Origin: an uncultured delta proteobacterium | GTDB taxonomy: Bacteria > Desulfobacterota > Desulfuromonadia > Geobacterales > DSM-12255 | Direction: 5' to 3' | NCBI GenBank assembly: GCA_963787125.1 | Contig: CAWBBV010000001.1 | Span: 1 to 64,000 of the forward strand | DNA length: 64,000 nt | In this document: positions 1-8,667 of the stretch, piece after piece | Layout of the letters: every line of letters begins with the position of its first letter | Numbering within the stretch: position 1 is the stretch's first letter | The notes under the pieces: generated by a model | What the model saw: only the letters and a program-made list of their open reading frames with translations | Database searches by the model: none | What the model was told of the DNA's origin: nothing | Position numbers and translations under genes: made by a program

Positions 1-220
1 CATGATGACCACCATGGCGGCGCTGATGGGGACTCTGCCGATTGCCATCGGTCTGGGCGCCGGTGGCGAATCGCGCCAGCCACTGGGATTGGCGGTTGTG
101 GGGGGGCTCCTGACGTCGCAGTTGTTGACGCTCTACATTACGCCGGTTGTCTATTACTATATGGACCGGCTGCTGCACAAGGTGAGGCCGCGCAAAGCTG
201 TCAGCCTCCCGTCAGGATAA
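1..220 (+). CDS. C-terminal end of RND efflux permease (AcrB/MdtB/MdtC family), 5'-truncated by window
   Basis: [15 protein letters not shown]...[27 protein letters not shown] matches the last TM helices of MdtB/C-type RND permeases. Confidence 0.9.
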   Translation, partial: MMTTMAALMGTLPIAIGLGAGGESRQPLGLAVVGGLLTSQLLTLYITPVVYYYMDRLLHKVRPRKAVSLPSG

Positions 221-319
221 GCCCGGGCGATAGCAGGCAGCTTTTGCCATTCATAGTTCTAATTTGACACAGGTATGACACGACCGTATATTTTGTTGCA
301 CAAAATCAGAGGAGTCGCC

Positions 320-823
320 ATGAAAACAGTGAACTGCCTTGCAATGACTGCCGTTACAACCCTGATTCTTGCCGGGTGCGTAACAACTCGCGGCACATCA
401 CCCAAAGGCCTGGAAGTACCGATCGAAAAGGCCGCCATCAAGTTTTCCGCGGATATCAAGCAGGGTGGTTACAAGGTGGTTGGCAGCGAAGAGTTCAAAA
501 AGTGGTTTGACGACGGCAGGAAAATGGTCATTATCAGTACCCTGCCATGGGATGAAGACAGGGTTATAGGGGCTATTCCAGGCGCTCTGAGCGTCCCGAT
601 GCCGGGCAGCGAAAAAGAGCTTACCCCGGAGGACAAAGAGCATATCCTGAGGGCGGCCGGGAATGACAAGGAAAATGCCGTGGTAGTATACTGCGGCTTT
701 GTCGCCTGTCGGCGCAGTCATATCGGGGCCAGGTTGCTGGTGGAGAACGGCTACAAGAACGTTTATCGCTATCCGGCCGGAATTGCCGGCTGGATTGAAT
801 CGGGCTACCCGGTGAAGAACTAG
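320..823 (+). CDS. Rhodanese-domain lipoprotein
   Basis: AGAGGAG RBS before ATG 320; lipobox LAGC; VVVYCGFVACRRS active loop; YPAGIAGW C-terminal rhodanese motif. Confidence 0.85.
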   Translation: MKTVNCLAMTAVTTLILAGCVTTRGTSPKGLEVPIEKAAIKFSADIKQGGYKVVGSEEFKKWFDDGRKMVIISTLPWDEDRVIGAIPGALSVPMPGSEKELTPEDKEHILRAAGNDKENAVVVYCGFVACRRSHIGARLLVENGYKNVYRYPAGIAGWIESGYPVKN

Positions 824-1964
824 TGTTTAGTTGCAATAGTTAATATAAGTATTATACTGTCTCCATCCCACTAGAGATGGAGGTGTCATATGCCCAGGGT
901 TGCAATAGCGCTAACTTGTGAGCCCAAGGTCGTGCAAGAGCTAGAGCGCATAAGCAGAAGCCGGACCGAAGAAATACGCATTGTGGAGCGAGTTAAAATC
1001 ATACTTTACTGTCTGTCCGGTAAGCGCAATGATGAGGTCGCAGCCGAGCTTGATACGCAAGCGCTGACTGTGGGCATCTGGCGTAAACGCTTTGCGGCTC
1101 ATGGTCTTTCGGGTTTATACGACAAACCCCGTTCCGGCAAGCCAGCTAAATATCCAGCATTAGAGTTAAGGCAGCGCATACTCGCCAAGCTGGAAGAGTC
1201 TCCGCCAGCAGGTCTGGCGGCATGGGATGGCGGTGCACTGGCTAAAGCATTGGCGGTCTCAGATGATGTTGTCTGGCGCATACTGCGTAAAAACGGCATT
1301 CAGTTGCGGCGACACCGTTCGTGGTGTGTCAGCACTGATCCTGAATTCTCGGTAAAGTCAGCCGACATAATCGGCTTATACCTGGCACCGCCACAGAAAG
1401 CATTGGTACTCTGTATTGACGAGAAACCATCTATACAGGCCTTGGAGCGGTCAACCGGTTATGTGCAGACAAGCAGCGGTAAAATTGTTCGCGGCCTGAA
1501 GAGCACCTATAAGCGGCATGGCGTCATCAATCTATTTGCAGCACTAGATGTTGCCGCCGGAACTATCCAGTCGAAAACAACTGTAACTAAAAAACGACCG
1601 GACTTTCAGGCGTTTCTCGATGATATAGTGTCAACGGTTCCAGATGGTGAAGATATTCATGTAATTCTCGACAACTACTGTACACACAAGAAAAATGAAG
1701 ATTGGCTGGCCTTACATCCCAATGTCCACTTCCACTTTACGCCGACCTCGGCCAGTTGGCTCAATCAGGTAGAAATATGGTTTGGGATACTTAGCCGTAA
1801 AACCTTATCTGGAGCCAGTTTCTCAAGCACGGAACAGTTGACGAATTCAATCGAAGCATTTATTGCCAGCTACAACGAAACCGCTTCTCCTTTTGTTTGG
1901 CGCAAACGAGAAGTCAGAGGCGCTCAGCTTAGAAATACAATAGCTAACTTATGCAATTAAACAC
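823..1964 (+). mobile_element. IS630-family insertion sequence
   Basis: Inverted ends ctagtgtttagttgca (820-835) / tgcaattaaacactag (1952-1967); TA at 821-822 and 1965-1966 (CTAG target); single transposase ORF. Confidence 0.92.
890..1960 (+). CDS. IS630-family transposase
   Basis: N-terminal HTH; CIDEKP, ILDNY..HK, SWLNQVEIWF DDE motifs. Confidence 0.95.
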   Translation: MPRVAIALTCEPKVVQELERISRSRTEEIRIVERVKIILYCLSGKRNDEVAAELDTQALTVGIWRKRFAAHGLSGLYDKPRSGKPAKYPALELRQRILAKLEESPPAGLAAWDGGALAKALAVSDDVVWRILRKNGIQLRRHRSWCVSTDPEFSVKSADIIGLYLAPPQKALVLCIDEKPSIQALERSTGYVQTSSGKIVRGLKSTYKRHGVINLFAALDVAAGTIQSKTTVTKKRPDFQAFLDDIVSTVPDGEDIHVILDNYCTHKKNEDWLALHPNVHFHFTPTSASWLNQVEIWFGILSRKTLSGASFSSTEQLTNSIEAFIASYNETASPFVWRKREVRGAQLRNTIANLCN

Positions 1965-2002
1965 TAGAGTCTGTTTTACGAATATTTTTCTATTGCTACC
2001 TT

Positions 2003-2034
2003 TGAGCCGCCCGGATTGGGGGGCTCATTTTTTT
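2003..2034 (+). terminator. Rho-independent terminator (originally of the rhodanese gene)
   Basis: tgagcc...ggctca stem followed by a 7-T run. Confidence 0.65.
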
Positions 2035-2159
2035 GGTGCGGCGGGGGGATTCTGGCAACGGGCGCCCTGTGGATATTGAGAGTTTATGGGAGGACCGGTC
2101 GCTGATGGGCAAGCCAGGATCCTCAGCTTTTTAAAGTAATCCACGCATAAACTTCATGA

Positions 2160-2206
2160 GAAAACAAAGCCACCCATCCTTCAGAAGGATAGGTGGCTTT
2201 GTTTTC
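2160..2206. repeat. Near-perfect 47-bp palindrome (bidirectional terminator-like hairpin)
   Basis: gaaaacaaagccacccatccttc / gaaggataggtggctttgttttc. Confidence 0.7.
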
Positions 2207-2239
2207 GTCAGGTCCCCTCCCAGGGGGGACGCCCAGGGG

Positions 2240-2295
2240 GGGGACGTTGTTGATTAGTTGATTAACTTGACACTTAGCTGACTAATCAACAACGT
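2240..2295. repeat. REP-like GGGGAC...GTCCCC palindrome, right arm interrupted by IS110 (completed by cccc at 4025-4028)
   Basis: Left arm ggggacgttgttgattagt (2240-2258); right arm actaatcaacaacgt (2281-2295) + cccc (4025-4028) gives a perfect 19-bp inverted repeat. Confidence 0.8.
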
Positions 2296-2422
2296 TATAT
2301 ATGACTGAGAGCTACAGATTTTTCCCCGGAAATTATAGATAAAATAATAAGTTACCAGTCTTGTAGTTCTATTGTCAGCCTGTTATTGAATAGCCATTTA
2401 TTCAACATACCAGGAGGACAGA

Positions 2423-3712
2423 ATGGAAGCTGTAACGGATAGTCTGGCGTTGTTCAGACAGATGAAGGCATCAGTCAGGGGCTCGGAAAAACATCTGCTA
2501 GTCGGCATCGATGTTGCCAAGAACAAGCACCATGCTTTCTTTGGAACACCCAATGGCAGAACGCTACGCAAGAACATGATCTTTGACAACAGCTTACAAG
2601 GATTCGAGAATCTGCGCAGTTTAGCCGGAGATCTCAAGAATCAACATGGCCTGGTCGAGGTTGTGTATGGACTTGAGCCTACAGCCTCCTACCACAAGCC
2701 CTTAGCCGAATATCTGCTGCGACAGAAGGAGCAGGTTGTCTATGTATCCAATGTGGCCGTGGCAAAGAATCGAGCGCTACTGGATGGCCGTTGGGACAAG
2801 AACGACAAGAAGGATGCCGCCAATGTTGCCGATCTGGTGGGCCAGAGCCGCTGCCTCTTCTATGAGCTACCGCAAGAGAACCTGCGTGAATTACGCAGCC
2901 TGATTGGTTTCAGGATCAGGCTGAAGAAGGAAGAGCACGCACTGAAAATGCGGCTGAGAAATAATGTTCTTGCCCAGTTCTTTCCCGAACTGGACCAGCT
3001 CTACATCAAAGCAGGGCAACCGGACGACCTGATTCTTTCAATTGCCGAACATTGTCTGGACCCGAGGGAAATTGCCGGGATGGAGTTCGACGCCTTCCTG
3101 AAGCTCATTACAAAACGCAAGATCAGGATAGAACAGGAAAGACGTCTGCGCGAGCTTTGGGAGACTGCCGGAGAGTCCGTTGGTTGCCTTGTTCATGACG
3201 CCGCCAGATGGGAGGCCAAGAGTCTCGTCTGCCAGCTGAAGTCGATTCGTGAAACGGTCAAGGGTAATGAGCAGTTGATGGCAAAAGCAGCAAAGCAGTT
3301 TTCTGAATATGAGTGCCTTCTGTCTATTCCCGGATTCGGTCCGATTATTTCGGCCATGGTTCTTGCCGCCATCGGCAATCCTGTCCGGTTTCAGAATCAG
3401 GGACAGGTAGTGCGTCTGGCCGGACTGGACTTAAGTGCCGAGCGGAGCGGCAAGAACAGCAACAGTGCCAAGCCGGTGATCTCCAAGCAAGGGAAAGCGG
3501 CACTGCGTTACGCCCTGGTGCAAGCGGCAATGGTTGCCTCCACAGCGAATCCGGTTATCAGGACTTACTTTAGCAAATTAATCAGAGGTCGCGAGCTTGA
3601 GCGCGGCATCAACCTGAAGATGAAAGTCAAGCTGGCGGCAAAGCTTTTGGTTGTGGCCTGGACACTTATGAAGAAGAGAGAACCATTTAATCCTTCCTGC
3701 TTCACGGGATAA
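2423..3712 (+). CDS. IS110-family DEDD recombinase/transposase
   Basis: GIDVAK, GLEPT, KNDKKDA (DEDD); SIPGFGP; ERSGK catalytic-Ser motif; ALRYAL. Confidence 0.95.
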   Translation: MEAVTDSLALFRQMKASVRGSEKHLLVGIDVAKNKHHAFFGTPNGRTLRKNMIFDNSLQGFENLRSLAGDLKNQHGLVEVVYGLEPTASYHKPLAEYLLRQKEQVVYVSNVAVAKNRALLDGRWDKNDKKDAANVADLVGQSRCLFYELPQENLRELRSLIGFRIRLKKEEHALKMRLRNNVLAQFFPELDQLYIKAGQPDDLILSIAEHCLDPREIAGMEFDAFLKLITKRKIRIEQERRLRELWETAGESVGCLVHDAARWEAKSLVCQLKSIRETVKGNEQLMAKAAKQFSEYECLLSIPGFGPIISAMVLAAIGNPVRFQNQGQVVRLAGLDLSAERSGKNSNSAKPVISKQGKAALRYALVQAAMVASTANPVIRTYFSKLIRGRELERGINLKMKVKLAAKLLVVAWTLMKKREPFNPSCFTG

Positions 3713-3736
3713 CCACCCTAGAGGCAGGCAGTAGGC

Positions 3737-3898
3737 GAGATAAGCCCGTTTAACAACGTAGAGGCAGCAATGACCTCGGGAGGGACAATACCGGGCATCT
3801 CACTAAAATCTTGGAGCTTTGATAAGGAATGATAGACAACCCAGTTCCCGATGCGGGCGGGGGATGTCGGATACAAGTAACGATTAAGCTCAAGGTTT
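3737..3898 (+). ncRNA. Putative bridge RNA / seekRNA of the IS110 element
   Basis: Two stem/internal-loop/stem domains folded by eye; loop 1 has AACAACGT (3752-3759) and GGGAC (3782-3786) matching the target; loop 2 has GAATG (3827-3831) and TAAC (3878-3881) matching the donor junction. Confidence 0.75.
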
Positions 3899-4249
3899 GC
3901 CGTAAGTGAGAGACTCGCCATTTCACCAAAGCAAGGGATAGCTGCGCCCGCAATCCGCAAGGATGACTAACTATTTGATTTTAAAAGAGCGATATTTTCA
4001 GTTGACAGGTGGACTATAGAATGTCCCCGCAGGCTACACAGGTGGAGGCCGGCAGCGGTGGCCGCAGCCGGTTGAGCGGGCCGGGTTGCCGGGCGGTGGG
4101 TTGATGGACAACGCTCGCCGGTGGCCTGGCTGTTGGCGCGCCCTGGAGTAGAGGGGAGTTGGATGGCGTCAAATTGGGCGTTTCAGGAAGATTCCACAGA
4201 ATTCGGGAATGTTTAAACCTTGAACAGTTTTTAATTGGCGGAATGTGAT

Positions 4250-4288
4250 AAAAAGCACCCTGGCAGATAATGTCAGGGTGCTTTTTTT
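4250..4288. terminator. Hairpin with A/T flanks, bidirectional terminator-like
   Basis: aaaaagcaccctggca...tgtcagggtgcttttttt. Confidence 0.6.
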
Positions 4289-4425
4289 GTGGGAATCCAA
4301 ACTGGTGAAACTGAGCAGTGCCGTATGCCAGAAAATGAAGCTGTTCAAGGGGTGAGACAAGCTGGGTGTTTATTTTAAAAAATGCTCCAGTGAACTGGAA
4401 AAATCCGGTAGCGAGAAGGAATAAA

Positions 4426-4743
4426 ATGAAAAACAAATTTATCTTTAGCCTCTGTCTCCTCTGGATGCTATCGGGATGCATACACATGCCACCGAGCGTT
4501 CAAATAAGTTCAAGTCAAATCCTCAAGAACGACATCCACGCTATCAAGAATCTAATCATAAATGAATCATATTCCAAATTTGATGATGTTGATGATGTGC
4601 CACACTGCGTTGACTACGTCTCCTTCAAAGACTGTTATTTTATGACTAGATACATAAAGCAGTTCAATCAAACAGAACCTAAAGATAGAATTTTTATTAT
4701 GCTTAGTTACAAAAAATATGATTCTCCCAGCAATTATTATAGA
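4426..4743 (+). pseudogene. 5' part of AT-rich lipoprotein gene interrupted by IS21
   Basis: MKNKFIFSLCLLWMLSGC lipobox; frame runs into the IS21 end at 4744. Confidence 0.75.
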
Positions 4744-4893
4744 TGCGTATTCCGGTGAATCCGACCAAGGAAACTGACGTGATGGCGACCGGTGTTCCGC
4801 TGTGAATCCGACCAGCGTTCCGGCGAAAGCGACCAAGTGGAGTTATAGTCGCAAGGTATGGGGTGTCACAGTCTGTAGCTTAATGCCGAATCG

Positions 4894-5658
4894 TCACCAT
4901 GAGTATCTGATAACTGCGGCGTTGAAAAATATTTTATTTGCATATTCGTCTGCTTTATTTGGGTCATACCCGCCAAAAAACAATCGAATGCCTGCATCTA
5001 CTGAGTTACCTGACTTAAGATGTGTTTTTACCCCAATAAAGACATCAAAGAGACCGTCCAAAAATACATTGCCAGAAGGCGATGGTAAAAAGTCAGCCCG
5101 AGTGAAGAAACTATGATTTGACGTAATTGCAGCTTCCCCTTCAATATTGAACAATGGGAATACAATAAAGTTTGTGTCATGAAATGAATCCGACGTAGTT
5201 TTAAAGTTTAAATCAGCATAACGTGCGATGACTGACCCTCCAAGCCGAAGGTAGTTGCCGGTAATATCTGATGAAAGCACGGGATAGTTTGCTGTTGCCC
5301 GAGCTGAATGAAATTGATAGTCAAGGGTTCCATGCTGTCCTGCATGATATACTGTGCCTTTAAAATTGAGGTCATTAGTAAGCGTATCAGAGTAATGAGC
5401 ATATAGAGGTTGTAAGACGCCTCCAAAATTCCACCCATCCTTTTTGACCGACCAGAATTCAAAACGTGCGGTTGGCTCAATTGCGTCCCAGTCCGAAGTC
5501 GCATTTTCTTGCTTGTATCCATGAATTTCCATGTTTTTGGTTCCAAGGACACCGGCTTCTACTTCGAATCGATTAATCCTTTCATTCCCAGCAAAAGCAT
5601 AACAAGGGGAAGTAAGTAATATGGTGAAAATAACCAGAAAAAATTTATTCATAGTCAT
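4894..5658 (-). CDS. Passenger gene: putative outer-membrane beta-barrel protein
   Basis: Sec signal (KFFLVIFTILLTSPCYAFA); alternating amphipathic strands; ends in aromatic ...VIRYSW; start may be 5652. Confidence 0.65.
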   Translation of the reverse strand: MTMNKFFLVIFTILLTSPCYAFAGNERINRFEVEAGVLGTKNMEIHGYKQENATSDWDAIEPTARFEFWSVKKDGWNFGGVLQPLYAHYSDTLTNDLNFKGTVYHAGQHGTLDYQFHSARATANYPVLSSDITGNYLRLGGSVIARYADLNFKTTSDSFHDTNFIVFPLFNIEGEAAITSNHSFFTRADFLPSPSGNVFLDGLFDVFIGVKTHLKSGNSVDAGIRLFFGGYDPNKADEYANKIFFNAAVIRYSW

Positions 5659-5698
5659 CTTGCTCCGTTAGTCAGGTTTATTATGGTTTGTAATAGCA

Positions 5699-5707
5699 AT
5701 TATAGCA
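5699..5707 (-). promoter_or_regulatory. Extended -10 promoter (TGcTATAAT) for the passenger gene
   Basis: Perfect TGnTATAAT about 40 bp upstream of the start, GTGACA further upstream. Confidence 0.55.
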
Positions 5708-5741
5708 TTCATGTTAAATTGTCACATATCTACTGTTTCGG

Positions 5742-6476
5742 TCAAGTAATTGTCCGTCGCTTCCGCATAGATTCACCCTTCAGCTCGACCTTGTAGGCAT
5801 TATGCACCAGCCTATCCAGAATAGCGTCAGCCAGCGTTGGGTCTTGCATGGCATCGTGCCAAGCCTTAATGGGTAACTGACTGGTAACAATAGTCGCTTT
5901 CCGGTCGTAACGTTCCTCGACGATTTCCAGCAGTTCCCGCTGGTCATCCTGCGAGAGCGGCGAAATGAGCAGGTCATCAAGCACCAGCACCTCGCACTTG
6001 GTCACCTGAGCCATAAGTTTCTGATAGCGACCATCGTGGCGGGCAATGGAGATGTCCTGAAGCAATCGTGGCAGTCTCTGGTAGAGAGTTGTGTGTCCAT
6101 CCCGGCACGCCTTCTGTGCCAGTGCACAGGCGAGATAACTCTTGCCAGCTCCGGTTGGTCCGGTGATGAGGATATTCTGATGGCTTCGCACCCACTGATT
6201 CTGGGCAAGGGACATTACCTGTGACCGGTTCATACCTCGTGCATCTCTGAAGTCCAAGTCTTCGATTGATGCCGACAGGCGTAGCTTGGCAGTTCTCAGT
6301 CGATTCTGCATCCTACGGTTCTCCAGTTCTGTCATCTGGTGGTCTACAAGCAGACCAAAGCGTTCCTCAAAGGTGAGGGACGCCATGTCGGGACGTTGCA
6401 TCTGCTCAGTGAATGCCTGAGCCATAGCGGTGAGCTTCATTACTTTGAGTTTCTCGATGGTCGGTTGTGTCAGCAT
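5742..6476 (-). CDS. istB: IS21 helper ATPase IstB
   Basis: GPTGAGKS Walker A; LVLDD; TSQLP..WH; ADAILDRLVH; GESMR. Confidence 0.95.
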   Translation of the reverse strand: MLTQPTIEKLKVMKLTAMAQAFTEQMQRPDMASLTFEERFGLLVDHQMTELENRRMQNRLRTAKLRLSASIEDLDFRDARGMNRSQVMSLAQNQWVRSHQNILITGPTGAGKSYLACALAQKACRDGHTTLYQRLPRLLQDISIARHDGRYQKLMAQVTKCEVLVLDDLLISPLSQDDQRELLEIVEERYDRKATIVTSQLPIKAWHDAMQDPTLADAILDRLVHNAYKVELKGESMRKRRTIT

Positions 6477-6489
6477 GGGGTTCCTTTGT

Positions 6490-8031
6490 TCATCCGTAAT
6501 AATCCGTACCACGAATGTTATCGTGGGTAACGGTCAGCAGTTCCTGTTGTTTGGGGAGAGGTTTCTGGTCAAGGTTATTATTCAGAATCGACTTGATGCT
6601 GGCGTAACTAATCCCTTTTATGAACAGGGCACGTTCACAGGCTGCTTCCAGTCGTTCCTTGCCGAACTTTTTACCAAGGGAGATGATTCCCATACAGGAA
6701 CGAAAGCCATGTTCCGCATAGGCTCTTCTGGAGAGAATGGATTCTACAACCGCCGCCGTTGCCTTGCCGGTCTGGGATGCCCAGGTGACGAGGCGTTCCG
6801 GAGTCCACTCAGCATACTCCCGGTGGGCTGTTGGCATATGCTCGGGGTCAGTGGTGTGTTTCCCTTTTACAAACGAGCGAGGATGCGAGGCGATACGATT
6901 TCCCTTATGGAAACACTCCACAGTAGCAGACGTGTAGCGAACATCGACCTGTTCCCGTACCAGTCTGTACGGCACACTGTAGAAATGCCCTTCCACATCG
7001 ACATGGTAATCAATGTGCACTCTGGCAATCTTCCATTGGGCATACTGGTAAGGGAGTTCCGGCAGTGGCAGCATTGCCGGACGGTCAAGTTCCTCGAACC
7101 GACTCTTGCGGGTACCGGGAAGTTTCCTGAAGGGACGGTTGTTCAGAAGTTCCAGCCGTTCTTTGATGGCAGCATTCGCTTCTGCCAGACTGAAGAAGGT
7201 GTGATGTCGTAAACCGGCAAGGATGAACCGCTGCACGAACTGGACACCGGCTTCTACCTTGGGCTTGTCTCGTGGTTTGCGGACACGGGCGGGAACAACA
7301 GCGGTGCCGTAATGAGTCGCCATTTCCTGATAGGTGACATTGATGCCAGGTTCATATCGGCAGGTCTTGGTGACACCAGACAGTAAATTATCTGGAACGA
7401 GACAATGAGGAACGGCACCGAAGTAGGAGAATGTTCTGACATGTGAACCAGTCCAATCAGCAAGGGACTGGCTCCATGTGGTTTCGGCATAGGTGTAGTT
7501 GCTGGCTCCCATGACCGCAACAAACACCTGAGCGTCACGTATCTCTCCGGTGCTCGAGTCAACAATCGGAATAGTCTGACCACAGTAGTCCACGAACATC
7601 TTCTCGCCGGCACGATGTTCCTGACGCATGGACAGGTCGAGTTTGCCACGCCAGAACCGGAACAGGTCACAGAACTGACTGTACTGGTAACCGGATGGCT
7701 CCCGTTCCTTATACTCTTGCCATAGAAGCATCAGCGTCAGGTTCTTGTGGGAGAGTAGTTCGTTATGCAGGGATGCCCAGTCGGGAGGTGTCCGCCTACT
7801 GGTTATGGCACGAGGATGTTGAGGATAGAGAAGGCGTTCCAGCCGTTCATCATCGAGGTCGGCTGGCAAGGGATAGGACAGACCGGCAGCAGAAGCCCGG
7901 TATAGAGTATCGGTGACGGTTGTCTTGCCGATACCGCAACTGTCGGAAATGGATTGTCTGGTCTGATTGCAAGACCAGGCAAGACGGAGTATCTCTCGGA
8001 TTTTACGCATAGTAACTCGATTCTGCGGCAT
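6490..8031 (-). CDS. istA: IS21 transposase IstA
   Basis: LLWQEY, YSQFC, GEKMFVDY, VPDNL, PRDKPKVE motifs. Confidence 0.95.
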   Translation of the reverse strand: MPQNRVTMRKIREILRLAWSCNQTRQSISDSCGIGKTTVTDTLYRASAAGLSYPLPADLDDERLERLLYPQHPRAITSRRTPPDWASLHNELLSHKNLTLMLLWQEYKEREPSGYQYSQFCDLFRFWRGKLDLSMRQEHRAGEKMFVDYCGQTIPIVDSSTGEIRDAQVFVAVMGASNYTYAETTWSQSLADWTGSHVRTFSYFGAVPHCLVPDNLLSGVTKTCRYEPGINVTYQEMATHYGTAVVPARVRKPRDKPKVEAGVQFVQRFILAGLRHHTFFSLAEANAAIKERLELLNNRPFRKLPGTRKSRFEELDRPAMLPLPELPYQYAQWKIARVHIDYHVDVEGHFYSVPYRLVREQVDVRYTSATVECFHKGNRIASHPRSFVKGKHTTDPEHMPTAHREYAEWTPERLVTWASQTGKATAAVVESILSRRAYAEHGFRSCMGIISLGKKFGKERLEAACERALFIKGISYASIKSILNNNLDQKPLPKQQELLTVTHDNIRGTDYYG

Positions 8032-8218
8032 TGTGACCTCCTCAAATAAATGAGGGGTACAATACGCTGTTGAGTTACCTTGCGACTACAAACTGTTGGT
8101 CGGATTCATTCCGGAACGCTGGTCGGATTGCCAGCGGAATGTTGGTCGGTTTCAAATCGGAATAGCGGTCGGTTTCACGCCGGAATCATGGTCGGATTCC
8201 TCCGGAATATGCAATAGA

Positions 8219-8353
8219 AACATTGCAATTAACATATCTGAAAACAAAAGCGATGATCCTAAGTTAAACGCTGAATTTGAAAAAGTAAGCGAATTGATTT
8301 TTAAAGAGGTTACCAACGTTTCAGACGGCAAAGTTGAAAGAAGGCAGGACTGA
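8219..8353 (+). pseudogene. 3' part of the IS21-interrupted lipoprotein gene
   Basis: In frame with 4426-4743 after removing the IS and one TSD copy (...NYYR|NIAINISENK...RRQD*), about 150 aa in total. Confidence 0.75.
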
Positions 8354-8370
8354 ATGAACTAACGAAAAGC

Positions 8371-8444
8371 GCTCAACAGGCCCTTGGACACCGACCGGGA
8401 CTGAGAGGCGCCCCGGCGCGGGTCAAGGGCGCGAACCGTTGTAA
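8371..8444 (+). other. Degenerate attC-like (integron cassette) site
   Basis: gctcAAC ... gcccttGgac / gtcaagggc (one extrahelical G) ... GTTgtaa directly after the lipoprotein stop; right spacer longer than canonical. Confidence 0.35.
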
Positions 8445-8621
8445 GCAGCGGCAAACCCAGCGGGGACAGCCACTGACACGAGACAAAAGTAAAAAAAGGG
8501 CATATTTGACGCCCTTCATATATTCACATTTGACTACAGTTTTTGCACGGCACCAGTAAATATGAGTAAGGATGTGATACTCTGGTAATCCAGGTGCAGA
8601 TATTGTCTGAATTTGACACAT

Positions 8622-8650
8622 TTGACAGGCACATAGTATGTTGATATTGT
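8622..8650 (+). promoter_or_regulatory. Sigma70 promoter of vapBC with overlapping imperfect palindrome (candidate operator)
   Basis: TTGACA-17bp-TATTGT; cacatagtat/atattgtgtg inverted repeat. Confidence 0.5.
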
Positions 8651-8667
8651 GTGTATAATGGAGGCAC

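Larger units (their letters stand above)
2296..4024 (+). mobile_element. IS110-family element (IS1111-like layout, long 3' non-coding end)
   Basis: Removing 2296-4024 restores the palindrome; GT core at both junctions (aacGT|tatata and gaatGT|cccc); no TSD; DEDD recombinase inside. Confidence 0.88.
4744..8213 (-). mobile_element. IS21-family element with a passenger gene
   Basis: TG...CA ends tgcgtattccggtgaatccgacc / ggtcggattcctccggaatatgca; 5-bp TSD ATAGA (4739-4743, 8214-8218); multiple subterminal repeats; istAB inside. Confidence 0.93.

Noticed and set aside
6430..7212. Long antisense ORFs (also e.g. 14049-14741, 48441-49130, 55616-56320)
   Set aside because: They are shadow frames opposite well-supported genes, with no recognisable motifs.
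8096..8213. Five ggtcgg(a/t)tt...cggaat repeats at about 23-bp period (also 4744-4835) resembling a mini-CRISPR
   Set aside because: Period is too short, there are no unique spacers or cas genes, and they are the subterminal transposase-binding repeats of the IS21 ends.
8096..8353. 85-aa ORF in the track
   Set aside because: It is a chimera of the IS21 end and the 3' half of the interrupted lipoprotein, not an independent gene.
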